Of a stretch of 64,000 bases of DNA, positions 28,948 through 39,888 are shown piece after piece. The stretch is from positions 32,001 to 96,000 of the forward strand of contig JAWODC010000076.1 in the NCBI GenBank assembly GCA_046483495.1, in the 5' to 3' direction. Below the pieces are notes generated by a model. That model was not told the origin of the DNA and did not search any database. It saw nothing but the letters and a program-made list of their open reading frames with translations. Positions within the stretch are counted from its first letter, which is position 1. Each line of letters begins with the position of its first letter. Source of the stretch: Desulfobacterales bacterium. GTDB taxonomy: Bacteria; Desulfobacterota; Desulfobacteria; Desulfobacterales; UBA5616. The translations under genes were made by a program, and so were the position numbers.

Positions 28948-31026
28948 TTACTGCCTCATTTTCCTTCTTTCTTCCTGCCGGGCAAAAAGCCCGCCCACAT
29001 AAATAAGAATTCCGTTTGCACACTCCCCGCAATATCCGTAGCCTTTGATCAGCCGATCCTTGACTTCATTGATTCGCTTCTCCGTATCCTCATCCCTGAC
29101 GGTTTCCACCAGCGACGACAATTTCAGCGTGTCCTTCTGATCTTCAAACAGCTTTCGCCGCAATGCCTTGTGCAGCTTCTCATTTGAATTGGCCCGAAAC
29201 TTTTCTCCTTCCATGGCAAGTGCGCCGATATGGTTCATAATTTCTCTCCGCCAGTCATCCTTCCGGTTTTCGGTGATATCCACTTTTTCTTCAACGGACC
29301 GCATCAGGCGCTCGTCGGGTTCCTCGTCCTTGCCGGTGAAAAAGTTCGCGACCTTTTCTCCCCGGGTATATGCCTTGACGTTGTCGATGTAGTTTGCAAA
29401 CAGTTTCTGGATGGCCTGTTCATCCCCAAGGATCGCCTGCTGAACCTCCTCACGCAGTATTTCGTCGTATTCCTGCTCGACCAAGCCCAGCAAGTCCTTG
29501 CACCTTTGCCGTTCCGCATCGGTAATGGACGTGTGCAGCGCCAGTCCTTCACGAAGCTCTTTGATCAGCATGAAAGAATTCACGCATCGCCCTTCGCTGT
29601 TGATTACCGCATTTGAAATTTTATCCTGTATGTATCTCGGAGAAATTCCGGTGAACCCCTCGTCGGGTTGCTCATCGCGCAGTTTTTTACATACCTCCAG
29701 GGACCAGTTTTCAAGCTCCTGGCCATTGTATAGTTTCATTTTCTGAACGATATCCATACCTTGTTCTTTAGGCTCTTCAAGGTGTGTCAGCACCGACCAC
29801 ATCGCCGCCACCTCGATGGTATGCGGCGCAATATGGCTCTTGATGTTGTCCTGCCGATAATCACGCTCATAGATTTTCATTTCATCGCCCAGACGAATGA
29901 CATATGGCATCGGTATTTGCGTCGTCCGGTCTTTCAATGCCAGCATCATCTCGTTTTTCTCCAGTTTTTTGATATCCGGCGGATTGGTGTGCGAGATAAT
30001 CACCTCGTCGATATCCATATGGCCGAGTTTGCGGGCCTTGATCCGGTGAGCCTGGGAGGCTTCCAGGAGATCGTACAAAAAGGCGACATCCAACTTCAAC
30101 CCCTCGATGAATTCGATGATACCTCGATTGGCTTTTTGAAATTCACCTTCGAAATTGAAGGCCCGGGGGTCGCTTTCCTTGCCATATTCGGCTACGGCCC
30201 TGTAATTCACGTCGCCGGTAAGCTCTGTGGCGTCCTGATCTTTCTCATGTTTCGGCTGCAGGGTTCCGATACAGATACGCCGTTTGTCCGATACGATGAT
30301 CCGCCTGACGCGGACATGGTTTGAAATGATCGTCTTCCAATCACCCTTGTACAATTTCATCAGCCGGTTAAACGCATCATCACACCGCGGGCAGGGATAG
30401 CACCAACTTTCTATTTTCCGCTCCTCTGCAATGGATTTGTTTAATTCCGTAATCGGGTCTACGGCTACGATTCCGTCCGCATACAGCAAGGGCAAAATGT
30501 TGATGGGGTCGCAATGCATCTCGCATTCGATTTCTTCATCATAATCATTTACGAATCCCAGCGCTTTCCGGATCGCTTCATCCGATTTTCTTTCCGCATA
30601 CCACACCGTCCCATACAGCCGGCCTTCATCCTTTTTGGAGTATTCCTCGAGCCCCATTTTCAAAAGATCCACCATGGAGGACTTTGACGAACCCACGGGT
30701 CCCACCAGCAGCAGGATGCGGCGCTCCTGACCGTATCCAAGGGCGGCGCTCTTCAAAACGTTCATGAATTTCATGATACTCCAGTCCAGGCCGTAAATGG
30801 CTTTTCCTTTGGAAAAAGGGTCATCGAAAAAGTTGTAATGAATATATTTGCGACCGTATCGCTGATATTCATTCTGTCCGTAGGTCATGATCATGTCATG
30901 GACCCGCTGAAAGGCGTTGCGTGTCACTTCCGGCGATTTAAGGGCGATATCCAGGTATTGACCGAATCCCAACAGATCGAACTTGTCCTGCGTATCGATA
31001 CTTTTTATTTTATCTAATAATTGCAT
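28948..31026 (-). CDS. prkA: PrkA/YeaG family AAA serine protein kinase
   Basis: RILLLVGPVGSSKS, QDATELTGD, YGKESDPRAF.F.GE...ANRG, IAPHT, GISPRY, YGYC..CA. Confidence 0.93.
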   Translation of the reverse strand: MQLLDKIKSIDTQDKFDLLGFGQYLDIALKSPEVTRNAFQRVHDMIMTYGQNEYQRYGRKYIHYNFFDDPFSKGKAIYGLDWSIMKFMNVLKSAALGYGQERRILLLVGPVGSSKSSMVDLLKMGLEEYSKKDEGRLYGTVWYAERKSDEAIRKALGFVNDYDEEIECEMHCDPINILPLLYADGIVAVDPITELNKSIAEERKIESWCYPCPRCDDAFNRLMKLYKGDWKTIISNHVRVRRIIVSDKRRICIGTLQPKHEKDQDATELTGDVNYRAVAEYGKESDPRAFNFEGEFQKANRGIIEFIEGLKLDVAFLYDLLEASQAHRIKARKLGHMDIDEVIISHTNPPDIKKLEKNEMMLALKDRTTQIPMPYVIRLGDEMKIYERDYRQDNIKSHIAPHTIEVAAMWSVLTHLEEPKEQGMDIVQKMKLYNGQELENWSLEVCKKLRDEQPDEGFTGISPRYIQDKISNAVINSEGRCVNSFMLIKELREGLALHTSITDAERQRCKDLLGLVEQEYDEILREEVQQAILGDEQAIQKLFANYIDNVKAYTRGEKVANFFTGKDEEPDERLMRSVEEKVDITENRKDDWRREIMNHIGALAMEGEKFRANSNEKLHKALRRKLFEDQKDTLKLSSLVETVRDEDTEKRINEVKDRLIKGYGYCGECANGILIYVGGLFARQEERRKMRQ

Positions 31027-31628
31027 AAATCACCTTCTTTGCATGTTGCGTTTCATAACCTGCCGCCTCAGAAGCCGGATCCGCCGGAGACTACCGCAGG
31101 TCATCGGCCCGTCTTGTCCCGTTCGGCACTTGTTATTGTTTCCGCGCCGTGAGGTGACAAATCACCCTTGCATCCTATGTGTCGAAATAGCGATGAACTG
31201 TTTTAAGAATAAACTCAGTGTCGAGAATGCCCTCCCGGCCCGCCATTTTCCGTACCTTAATAATACTCCGTACTGTTTTGCCGCGGTATCAGGAAACCCA
31301 GTATTTTTTTTAGGATATATCCGAGGACCTGAAGACGAGGTCCGGTGATGCCGCCGGCTATTTTGCGTCAAAAAAAGCATTGTATTGCGTGAAAAAATCC
31401 CCTATTTTAACATTTACAAAAGCGGCACGTCGCTGCTGAATCGATTCAAATGGATATGTACCTCACCGGTCACCCCCGTACTGCGGTCCGGGCCGATTGA
31501 TTTGCATTATCGAACATGATTCTTTATCAAACCGAACACGCGGTGCTCTCAAGCGGACACTCGCGACACCGCTGCTAATAATAATTTCAATCGGTTATAA
31601 GAAAAAACGGACAAGAAGAGGTGAAACC

Positions 31629-32435
31629 ATGCCAATCGAATCCATTGATCGGGTCCTTTTGCATTATGAAAAAGCCGGAACCGGCAAAACCCTTGTATTT
31701 CTTCACGGCTACACCGGAAGCACACGGGACTGGGACCATCAGGCCTCCCCGTTTTCCAAGCGGTACCAGACCATCGCCGTCGATCACAGGGGACACGGCA
31801 AAAGCAGTGCACCCCCTACGGAATCGGACTACTCCATTGACCGGTTCAGCGAAGATGTATACGCGCTCTTGGAAAAGCTCGGCATAGATAATTGCTGCCT
31901 GATCGGTCATTCCATGGGCGGGTTTATGTCGCTGCAGTTTGTACTGGATCATCCCGATAGGGTTGCAGCGCTTGTACTGGTGGATACCTCGAGTGGCGAA
32001 TGGGAGGTCGCACCCGGCTATGCGGAATTGAGGGCCAAACTCGACGATCTGGCGGCCACCCAAGGACTGGAAGCCGCCTTCGAGTACGATGCCGCCCACA
32101 ATCCCGTCCGGGTCGAGCGGTTTAAGCGGCATCCGGAGCAGCGTGAGATCGCCAAACAAAAAGTAATGAATACATCGGTTGAAGGATATATCTATGTTGC
32201 CCGGAGTTTTGGAAAATGGCAGCCGGTCACCGACAGGTTGGGGGAAATAAATGTCCCGACACTCATCTTTCTGGGAGAAGAGGATGCGGGCTTTGTCAAA
32301 GCATCACGCATACTGAACGAGGGCATCCGAAATTCCGAGCTTGTCACGGTCCCCGGGGCGGGGCATTCTCCTCACGAGGAGACGCCCGATTTTTTCAATG
32401 AAAAGCTGGATGCTTTTCTGAAAAAACACATGTAG
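31629..32435 (+). CDS. Alpha/beta hydrolase (enol-lactonase/MenH-like)
   Basis: FLHGY, DHRGHGKS, GHSMGG, GEED, AGHSPH. Confidence 0.9.
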   Translation: MPIESIDRVLLHYEKAGTGKTLVFLHGYTGSTRDWDHQASPFSKRYQTIAVDHRGHGKSSAPPTESDYSIDRFSEDVYALLEKLGIDNCCLIGHSMGGFMSLQFVLDHPDRVAALVLVDTSSGEWEVAPGYAELRAKLDDLAATQGLEAAFEYDAAHNPVRVERFKRHPEQREIAKQKVMNTSVEGYIYVARSFGKWQPVTDRLGEINVPTLIFLGEEDAGFVKASRILNEGIRNSELVTVPGAGHSPHEETPDFFNEKLDAFLKKHM

Positions 32436-32473
32436 GGCGCCGGATCAAGACACCCGGCTGACTGCAAAAAAAA

Positions 32474-33712
32474 TCAAAAAGCCTGTTTCAGCAAATGTCC
32501 GGACAGCCGTTTGCCGAGGCCAAGAATCGTCAATGTGGGCGGCAGCCCCCAGGCTTCCGGGATTACCGAGCAGTCGCACACATAAAGATTGTCGTATGCC
32601 GTCTTCAAATTCGGATCCACCACTTCTCCGACTTTTACCGTTCCTCCGGGATGGGCGGCGAATATGATGCTCTTACGGACATCCCCGGCACCTGCATTCT
32701 TGAGGATCTTTTTCGCATGGCTGAAACCGTCCTCGAGCTTTTGATAATCAGCTTTGGACAGATCCTTTCGGCAGCCGCCCCGGTCGGTGATGCGTCCGCC
32801 CAGATCATCTTTGATTTTGACCATGATGGAAAGTCTCGGGTCATTGGGCAGTGCCAGGTCCGTCATCACGTATTCAGCTTCCACATGCATTCCCGCCTGC
32901 ATCTGGGGTTCCTTGCCTTCCGTGATGTCCTTTACGCGGGCGGTGGCGAGAATCAGCGGATCGACGAAGAAATCGAAGCCTGCGTTTTTAAGACCGCTCC
33001 GCCGCAGGATCTCCGAAGACCCGATACCGCCCGCTGAAAGGACGATTACCGGTGCAAAGACACGATACGTGCGGCCGCCTTTTTTCAGCTCCACACCGGT
33101 CGCTGATTGCCCATCCTTCAACACCTCTTTTACCTTGGCGCCATTGACCAGTTCCGCACCGTTTTGCACCGCCGTTGCCACAAAATTGCGGGCGTTCCAT
33201 TTGGCGTCATACGGGCATCCATAAGAGCACCGCCAGCAGCCGGTTCTGCATTTGTCCTGGTAAATAAATTTATTGATTTTCTTCCAGTCAAATCCCAAAT
33301 CCAGGGCGCTGGTTGCAATTCTGCCTGCCATGGGGCCCATGAGTTCATCGGCTAGCGGCTTGACCGGGACCTCGGTTTTAATTTCTTCAATTTCACCTGT
33401 AATATCGATACCGTGGCGTTTCAAAAGATCATATGGCGGTTCGAAGGCGGTGCCGCAGTAAAAAACCGAACTGCCGCCCGTGGTGATGCCCCTTAACAGC
33501 ACGTGCATTTTTTTATTGGTGAAAAGAACACTTTTGCCGGGTATGCCGATCATTTTCAGCGATTGGAGGAATGTCCCCTTAATCGGCGCATTGCCCCCCC
33601 ATTCCAGAATCAGAACCTTTTTGCCGTTTTGGGACAATTCCTTGGCGACGGCAGCCCCTCCCGGACCGGAGCCGACAACAACAGCGTCATAGGCTTTTTG
33701 GAAAGCTTCCAT
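32474..33712 (-). CDS. GMC family FAD oxidoreductase
   Basis: VVGSGPGG, GGSS, C..GC..C..GCP..AK, VLSAGGIGS..IL, AHPGGT, NLYVCD.SV.P..WG.PP.LT. Confidence 0.85.
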   Translation of the reverse strand: MEAFQKAYDAVVVGSGPGGAAVAKELSQNGKKVLILEWGGNAPIKGTFLQSLKMIGIPGKSVLFTNKKMHVLLRGITTGGSSVFYCGTAFEPPYDLLKRHGIDITGEIEEIKTEVPVKPLADELMGPMAGRIATSALDLGFDWKKINKFIYQDKCRTGCWRCSYGCPYDAKWNARNFVATAVQNGAELVNGAKVKEVLKDGQSATGVELKKGGRTYRVFAPVIVLSAGGIGSSEILRRSGLKNAGFDFFVDPLILATARVKDITEGKEPQMQAGMHVEAEYVMTDLALPNDPRLSIMVKIKDDLGGRITDRGGCRKDLSKADYQKLEDGFSHAKKILKNAGAGDVRKSIIFAAHPGGTVKVGEVVDPNLKTAYDNLYVCDCSVIPEAWGLPPTLTILGLGKRLSGHLLKQAF

Positions 33713-33749
33713 TGTTAAATTCCTCCTTTTGGGATTACACAATCCCGGT

Positions 33750-34955
33750 TCAATTGCTTTTCATGTCGAAAACGACCTTAATGACCGGCTCTTGCTTTTT
33801 TCGAAACATTTTAAAGGCCTCTTTGTAGCTGCTTAACGGAAATCGGTGGGTGACAAGCCCTTCCAGGTTGATCCGACCGTCCCGAATCATCCGAATCGCC
33901 AAATCAAAGCTGCTGATGGTTTCTCCGTTGTAAGTTTCACATCCATGGGCGTTGACGCCGATAATCCCGACCTCCTGGTTCCAGATGGGCGTCTGGTCAA
34001 AATTCACCGGTGACAGTTGATTGCCCACCATGACGTAATCCCCCTGTGCCCGCAGCCAGCGAAGGCTGTCATGGATGGTGTTGGAGTACCCGACGCAATC
34101 GTAAATCAGGTCGAACCCACCCAGGATATTGCGGTTTTTGAGGGCGCCTGAATACAACTTGCCGCCGGTTGCGGCTGCGACCGCTTCATAGGGATCACCG
34201 GATAGAATCGCATCCGCCCCGAGTTTCCGGGCCAGGTTCTTCTTGAAATCGATTTTTTCCAAAACGTAAACCGTACATCCGGGCGCTACCGCTTTGGCGC
34301 ACTGGATAACGTTCAGACCGATGGTGCCCGCCCCGACAACCAGCACCTTTTCACCTTCTTTGGGCGGCCGTCTCAAAACGGAATGGAGACTCACGGAGGC
34401 GGGTTCGATCATCACCGCCGCCTCATCCGGTACGTCATCGGGCACTTTGATGAGTTGACTTTGGTGGGCCAGAAAAACATCCCCGAATCCGGCTCCAAGA
34501 TTCTCGAAAACCGGATCTTCGGCGATATTTTCGCAGAGCGTGTAATGTCCCCGGGCGCAGAACCGGCAGGGTGGATCGATTTCCTTGATCGAACAACAGG
34601 GCAGATATTTCTGAAGCGTCACCCTGTCACCGACATTCAGGGAGGTGACACCGGCACCGGTTTCGGTGACGCGCCCCACCAGTTCATGGCCCATAAACGT
34701 TTTCGGGGCACCCGGCAGGGCGGTAATGGAAATGGTGGGTTCGGCCTGCACAAAGAAAAGGGACAGATCCACCCCGCAGATGCCGGCAAGGATGGGAGCC
34801 ACTCTCACCCAGTTCGGACCGGGAAGATCCTGCTCCGGTATTTTGCCGTAGCGAACCGGTGACATCGGGGAAAAATACACGGCATCGGTGAATTTCGAGA
34901 AAAGCCGAGTGGCTAAGATTTTCGGCACATTGAGTTCAAAGTAGATGGATTGCAT
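33750..34955 (-). CDS. Zinc-binding (MDR) dehydrogenase
   Basis: AGICG.D, MGHE.VG, structural Zn Cys cluster, VVGAGTIG, DCVG, VTHRFPL. Confidence 0.88.
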   Translation of the reverse strand: MQSIYFELNVPKILATRLFSKFTDAVYFSPMSPVRYGKIPEQDLPGPNWVRVAPILAGICGVDLSLFFVQAEPTISITALPGAPKTFMGHELVGRVTETGAGVTSLNVGDRVTLQKYLPCCSIKEIDPPCRFCARGHYTLCENIAEDPVFENLGAGFGDVFLAHQSQLIKVPDDVPDEAAVMIEPASVSLHSVLRRPPKEGEKVLVVGAGTIGLNVIQCAKAVAPGCTVYVLEKIDFKKNLARKLGADAILSGDPYEAVAAATGGKLYSGALKNRNILGGFDLIYDCVGYSNTIHDSLRWLRAQGDYVMVGNQLSPVNFDQTPIWNQEVGIIGVNAHGCETYNGETISSFDLAIRMIRDGRINLEGLVTHRFPLSSYKEAFKMFRKKQEPVIKVVFDMKSN

Positions 34956-35078
34956 AAAGCCCCCTTGTTTATTGAAAGAGATCGACAACGGCGTGTTTCG
35001 CATAAACCGGAAAACACCATGTCCGGATAGGATCGGAAACGGCGCTCAATCGTGCAACAGGCGCACAGGACACATGTA

Positions 35079-35103
35079 AGACCCGGTGCTGAACACCGGG
35101 TCT
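35079..35103. terminator. Hairpin after the transketolase genes
   Basis: agacccggtg-ctgaa-caccgggtct, 10-bp stem. Confidence 0.5.
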
Positions 35104-35119
35104 GACTTTCATCAATCGG

Positions 35120-36115
35120 CTATTCGAGAATTTTCTTTACGCTCGCCTTTATCCCGTTTTTGTCGATGCCGTACCGGGCATACAGTTCTTCGGGATAACC
35201 GATTACCGAATAAACATCGGGAACCCCAAGGCGCTTGAACCTTACCCCGACCCCGGCTTCGGCCAGGGTTTCGGAAACCGCCCCGCCAAGACCGCCGATG
35301 ATGTTGTGCTCTTCCGCCGTCAACAGGGCCCCGCAGGAACGGGCGGCGCGAAGTACAGCCTCGGCATCCAGGGGTTTTACGGTGTGCATATTGATGACGT
35401 TGATCTTAATGCCTTCGGCCTGAAGTTCATCCGCCGCGTCCATGGCGGCTTTCACGCATACGCCGCAGGCGATTACGGCGGCATCGGATCCGTAGTCCCG
35501 CATGGTCACGCTTTTGCCGAATGTGAATTCGCACCGATCATTTTCATAGGCCATAGGCTCGAGAGATCGACCGATTCGAACATAGAGAGGTGTTTCCATG
35601 CCGATGGACGCTGTAACGGCTTTTCCGGTTTCTATGGCATCGGCCGGGACGACCACGGTCATATTGGCCATGGAACGCAAGACGGCAATATCTTCGGTGG
35701 CATGATGCGTTGTCCCGCCATTGCCCATGGAAAGGCCGCTATGCGTTGCGATCATCTTTACGTTCAGATTGGGATATGCAATGTCGGTCCGCACCGCCTC
35801 TGCGCTTCTCAAGGAGAGAAAAGCCGCCATGGTGGACAAAAACGGTTTCTTCCCACAAACCGCCATCCCGGCTGCCGCCGCCACCATATTGCTTTCCGCG
35901 ATGCCGAAATTAAAAAAGCGTTCCGGAAAGGCCTTCTTGAACTCGCCTGTTTTATTGGACCGCATGAGATCCGATGTGAGTACGACGACATCGGGATCAT
36001 TTTCGGCCAATTGTACGATCACTTTGCCGTAAACCTCGGTCTGTGTCAATAAATCAATGGTATCGGTATTATACGTAAACCCCATCGCGACTTCTTTTTG
36101 AATGTCAGGGCTCAT
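35120..36115 (-). CDS. Transketolase, C-terminal subunit
   Basis: FNFGIAE.NM...AAG, GTTHHATED, VKPLD, EEHNIIGGLG. AGGAGG RBS and ATGA overlap; alternative start 36085. Confidence 0.9.
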   Translation of the reverse strand: MSPDIQKEVAMGFTYNTDTIDLLTQTEVYGKVIVQLAENDPDVVVLTSDLMRSNKTGEFKKAFPERFFNFGIAESNMVAAAAGMAVCGKKPFLSTMAAFLSLRSAEAVRTDIAYPNLNVKMIATHSGLSMGNGGTTHHATEDIAVLRSMANMTVVVPADAIETGKAVTASIGMETPLYVRIGRSLEPMAYENDRCEFTFGKSVTMRDYGSDAAVIACGVCVKAAMDAADELQAEGIKINVINMHTVKPLDAEAVLRAARSCGALLTAEEHNIIGGLGGAVSETLAEAGVGVRFKRLGVPDVYSVIGYPEELYARYGIDKNGIKASVKKILE

Positions 36116-36984
36116 GATGAACACCTCCTTTCAGGGCGGCGGGATTCAATGGAACCGATTGCCTCCTCGGTTTTCTCAGCGTCAAGACCCGAATAGTGCC
36201 AAACGGGATCTCCTTCCATAAACGCAACCCCCCTGCCCTTGGTTGTCCGGCAGATCACCAGAGTGGGTTTTTCACTGTCATGAGGCGGCAATTCATCGAT
36301 GGTACGGACCAGTGCATCCATATCATGCCCATCGATGTCGTATACGTTCCAGCCGAAGCTTTGCCATCGGTCGCAAATGGGTTCTATGCACATGACTTCT
36401 TCTGTGGGCCCATCCAAACACAATCCGTTTCGATCGATCAGCGCAATGAGATTGCCCAATTTGTAATGGCTCGCGGCCTGGGCCGCCTCCCAGACCATTC
36501 CCTCATGCGTTTCACCATCACCCATTAACACGAATACACGCCAGTCCGCCCTATCCAGTCGGGCTGTAATCGCCATGCCGACCCCCACGGACAAGCCATG
36601 CCCCAGAGAACCGGTGCTCATTTCCACGCCGGGAATCTTTCGCATATCCGGATGCATGCCGAAGGGGCTGTCCAACAGGTTGAAGGAGTCCAGCCATTTC
36701 CTGGGGAAAAATCCCAGGTCGGCCAAAACCGGACAATAAGCGATGGATCCATGGCCTTTCGATAAAATAAACCGGTCCCGATTCGGCCAATCGGGAGCAT
36801 TTTCTTTCAGATTCATGCCATAATAGTGAAGCGCTACGATGATTTCCGCCATAGAGAGTCCGCCGCCGATGTGGCCGCCACCCGCCACTGCCGCCAATCG
36901 AATAATCTCTTTTCGCAGCGCCTCCGCCTTTTCGTTCAAGGCATCGATCAGCGCGTCCCGGTTCTCCAAATTTCGCAATTGCAT
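36112..36984 (-). CDS. Transketolase, N-terminal subunit
   Basis: GHIGGGLS, RDRFILSKGH, STGSLGHG, MGDGE..EG.VWEA, TTKGRG....E....WH. Confidence 0.92.
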   Translation of the reverse strand: MQLRNLENRDALIDALNEKAEALRKEIIRLAAVAGGGHIGGGLSMAEIIVALHYYGMNLKENAPDWPNRDRFILSKGHGSIAYCPVLADLGFFPRKWLDSFNLLDSPFGMHPDMRKIPGVEMSTGSLGHGLSVGVGMAITARLDRADWRVFVLMGDGETHEGMVWEAAQAASHYKLGNLIALIDRNGLCLDGPTEEVMCIEPICDRWQSFGWNVYDIDGHDMDALVRTIDELPPHDSEKPTLVICRTTKGRGVAFMEGDPVWHYSGLDAEKTEEAIGSIESRRPERRCSS

Positions 36985-37154
36985 AAAACCTCCTTTTGTG
37001 GTGAAAGCATTGCACGATGGTGGTGGGTCCTTTGTTTCTTAAAGACCGCAGGTTGTTGCGTATGCCCGAAGTGCAAAAAGCTTCCTTTTCCAGCCTTTTA
37101 TCTATGACTTAAATCGACTCCAATACTTGGTTTTCAGGTGAAAGGACATGCGCA

Positions 37155-37185
37155 GGTTTTCATTTTTATGCATTAAATGAAAACC
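37155..37185. promoter_or_regulatory. Imperfect palindrome, possible operator between divergent genes
   Basis: ggttttcattt-ttatgcatt-aaatgaaaacc (11-bp arms). Confidence 0.4.
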
Positions 37186-37289
37186 CTGTAAAAGTAAAGC
37201 ACAGACCCACAAAAGATTTGACACGATGTGGTGAATTGGGTATAAATATAATTGGTTTCAAAAGATCTGGGGGGAGTCAAGGAGACGGG

Positions 37290-37904
37290 ATGAAGAAACT
37301 CCTTTTATTTTTCATTGTATTTTTCTTTGCAGCCGGGTCGGCGTTCGCCGGTATGAAGGTGGAGGCGTTTGGCGGCAAGACGCCCGAAAAGGCGGATGAC
37401 GGAAACACGTCAGGTGTTTACGCCGATGTATGGGCAAGCTTGGACGCCAATAAATTCGGGATCGTACTTGCCCGCGGCAACTGGAATAAAAAGGCCGGTA
37501 ACGGCTTGGGGGAAGAGACGGATTTCACGCTCCTGTTTCCAAATGCGGTTCCTTTTCTATTAAGCAACTACGGAGCGGCAACTCAATACCCGGAAATGGC
37601 GGACAGGCCGAACGATTTGACCATGGCTCAGATATATGCACGATTGGCTGTCAGCAACAAAATCAACCTCATTCCTTCATTGACCTATTTTTCATCGAAC
37701 GAAAATTATACGAGCAGCCTCGGAGGACCGTCGGCGGGCGCCAATGCCTATGAGCTCAATCTGGCGGCGGATTACAAAATCAGCGATATGCTCACGTATA
37801 CGGCGGCCGTCGCTTTTGCAAAAATCGACGTCAATATCGGGGGCGTCGATTTGGATGAGATCGACTCGCTGAAATGGGTTCATAAACTTTCACTCGACTT
37901 TTAA
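37290..37904 (+). CDS. Short outer-membrane beta-barrel/porin-like protein
   Basis: Signal peptide (AFA), amphipathic strands, YELNL.ADYKI, terminal HKLSLDF beta-signal. Confidence 0.6.
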   Translation: MKKLLLFFIVFFFAAGSAFAGMKVEAFGGKTPEKADDGNTSGVYADVWASLDANKFGIVLARGNWNKKAGNGLGEETDFTLLFPNAVPFLLSNYGAATQYPEMADRPNDLTMAQIYARLAVSNKINLIPSLTYFSSNENYTSSLGGPSAGANAYELNLAADYKISDMLTYTAAVAFAKIDVNIGGVDLDEIDSLKWVHKLSLDF

Positions 37905-37966
37905 AGAGCTCACCAGAAACACGTTAGTCATGCGGTTTCACCGAAATATGGCCGGTTTTTTCGGAT

Positions 37967-39406
37967 TTACTTCGTGCCGGTATCGAGTTTGTCCTTCAGC
38001 ACCTGGTTGACGATTTTAGGATTGGCTTTCCCCTTGGTTTTCCGCATCACCCGGCCCACAAAATAGCCCATGACTTTTGTTTTTCCCTGCCGGTACTGCT
38101 CCACCTGCGCCTGGTTTTCGGCAATCACCTCATCGATCACCTCCTCGATAGCGGATACATCCGTGACCTGTACCAATCCTTTTTCCTCCACGATTTTGCG
38201 TGGGGCTTTACCCGTTGCCGCCATTTCGTCAAAAACCGTCTTTGCAATTTTGCCGCTGATGATATCCTCATTTATCAGGTCCAGAAGTTCCGCTAAATGC
38301 CGCGCCGAAACCGGGGATTGTTCAATTTCTTTGCCCTGAGCATGCAACCGTCCCAAAAGCGGTCCCATGATCCAGTTGCTGACCTGTTTTGCATCGTTTA
38401 GATGCCCGACGCAGTCTTCAAAATAATCGGCAAGCTCTTTTGAAGACGTCAGCAGTTCGGCATCATAGGCCGGAAGCCCGTATTCCAGCTTGAACCGGCT
38501 TTTCTTTTCATCCGGCAGTTCGGGAAGCGTTTTTTTCAATTCGGCGACCCACGCACTGGAAATGACGAGCGGCAACAAATCCGGCTCGGGAAAGTAGCGG
38601 TAATCATGCGCCTCCTCTTTACCCCGCATGGAATCGGTACGATGGGTATCCGGATTCCACAGGCGCGTCTCCTGTATGACCTCCCCGCCGTCTCTTATGA
38701 CATCTTTCTGCCGCTCTATTTCGTAGAGAAGCGCCTTTTCAACGTGCTTGAATGAATTCAAGTTCTTGATTTCCGACCGGATTCCGAATCTGCTTTGCTC
38801 TTCCGGCCGAATGGATATATTGGCGTCGCACCGAAAACTGCCTTCCTCCATATTGCCGTCGCAAATGTCGAGGTAGCGAAGGATGGCGCGGAGTTTCCGC
38901 AGATAAGCACCGGCCGCTTCCGGAGAACGGATGTCCGGTTCACTGACGATTTCAATCAGCGGGACACCGGCCCTGTTATAATCGACGCGGCTGAAGGGCC
39001 GGTCCGGGTCATGGGTCAGTTTGCCGGCATCTTCCTCCATGTGTATGCGGGTGATGCCGATTCGCTGGGCATTGCCGTTTACCTCGATGTCGATGAATCC
39101 GTGCTCCGCAACGGGAAGTTCATATTGGCTAATCTGGTAGCCCTTTGGAAGGTCGGGATAAAAGTAGTTTTTCCTCGCAAAACGGCTTTCCGAGGCAATC
39201 GTGCAATTCGTAGCAAGTGCCATTCGTACGGCAAATGCTGCGACCTGCCGATTCAGCATTGGCAGCACCCCCGGCATCCCCAGGCATACCGGACAAACAT
39301 GCGTATTTGGGGGGGCGCCGAAAGCGGTTGAACAATCACAGAATATTTTTGTCTTCGTTTTTAGCTGTGCGTGCACTTCCAATCCGATTACGGGTTCAAA
39401 TTTCAT
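37967..39406 (-). CDS. gatB: Asp-tRNA(Asn)/Glu-tRNA(Gln) amidotransferase subunit B
   Basis: [45 protein letters not shown]. Confidence 0.97.
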   Translation of the reverse strand: MKFEPVIGLEVHAQLKTKTKIFCDCSTAFGAPPNTHVCPVCLGMPGVLPMLNRQVAAFAVRMALATNCTIASESRFARKNYFYPDLPKGYQISQYELPVAEHGFIDIEVNGNAQRIGITRIHMEEDAGKLTHDPDRPFSRVDYNRAGVPLIEIVSEPDIRSPEAAGAYLRKLRAILRYLDICDGNMEEGSFRCDANISIRPEEQSRFGIRSEIKNLNSFKHVEKALLYEIERQKDVIRDGGEVIQETRLWNPDTHRTDSMRGKEEAHDYRYFPEPDLLPLVISSAWVAELKKTLPELPDEKKSRFKLEYGLPAYDAELLTSSKELADYFEDCVGHLNDAKQVSNWIMGPLLGRLHAQGKEIEQSPVSARHLAELLDLINEDIISGKIAKTVFDEMAATGKAPRKIVEEKGLVQVTDVSAIEEVIDEVIAENQAQVEQYRQGKTKVMGYFVGRVMRKTKGKANPKIVNQVLKDKLDTGTK

Positions 39407-39697
39407 TTTTTCAGCTGCCTTTTTAAGCTTCGTTTTACATCACCGAAATACCGACGCGACGGCCGTGTCCAATGACCATACCGGCCCGCCCGCAACAGAT
39501 AACCCGGTGCCTGAGCCGATGCATTTAATAAATCGCTCCCTGCCGGATTGCAGGCCGATCGCCCAAAAGCAATTCATGCCATTTTTAGGTGACAAATTCA
39601 ACCTGAAGATGAAATCCTTTACAATCCCTTTTATTTGACAAACCAAGCCCCTATTATTATTAAAGACCGTCATTACTCGAGAAAGCGGGGTTGAACC

Positions 39698-39883
39698 ATG
39701 GATTTCTTTTTTTGCGTTATCGGAATGGTTATGATTATCGAAGGGATTCCCTATTTTATGGTGCCTGATAAAATGAAACACTGGATTAAAAATATTCTGC
39801 AGCTGCCCGACGGATCCCTTCGGCGATTCGGTTTGGTCCTCATGTGTCTGGGACTGTTATTCGTTTACCTTGGAAAAAGATAA
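39698..39883 (+). CDS. DUF2065 family small membrane protein
   Basis: IGMVMIIEG.PYF..P..MK......L....LR.FGL; position upstream of queA. Confidence 0.8.
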   Translation: MDFFFCVIGMVMIIEGIPYFMVPDKMKHWIKNILQLPDGSLRRFGLVLMCLGLLFVYLGKR

Positions 39884-39888
39884 AGCAC

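Noticed and set aside
31162..31380. Small ORF or possible TGA-readthrough (selenoprotein) frame upstream of prkA
   Set aside because: No start or RBS for the alternative frame, no redox motif, and no recognisable family.
39440..39781. 113-aa minus-strand ORF upstream of gatB
   Set aside because: Overlaps the DUF2065 gene and the divergent promoter region; no recognisable features.
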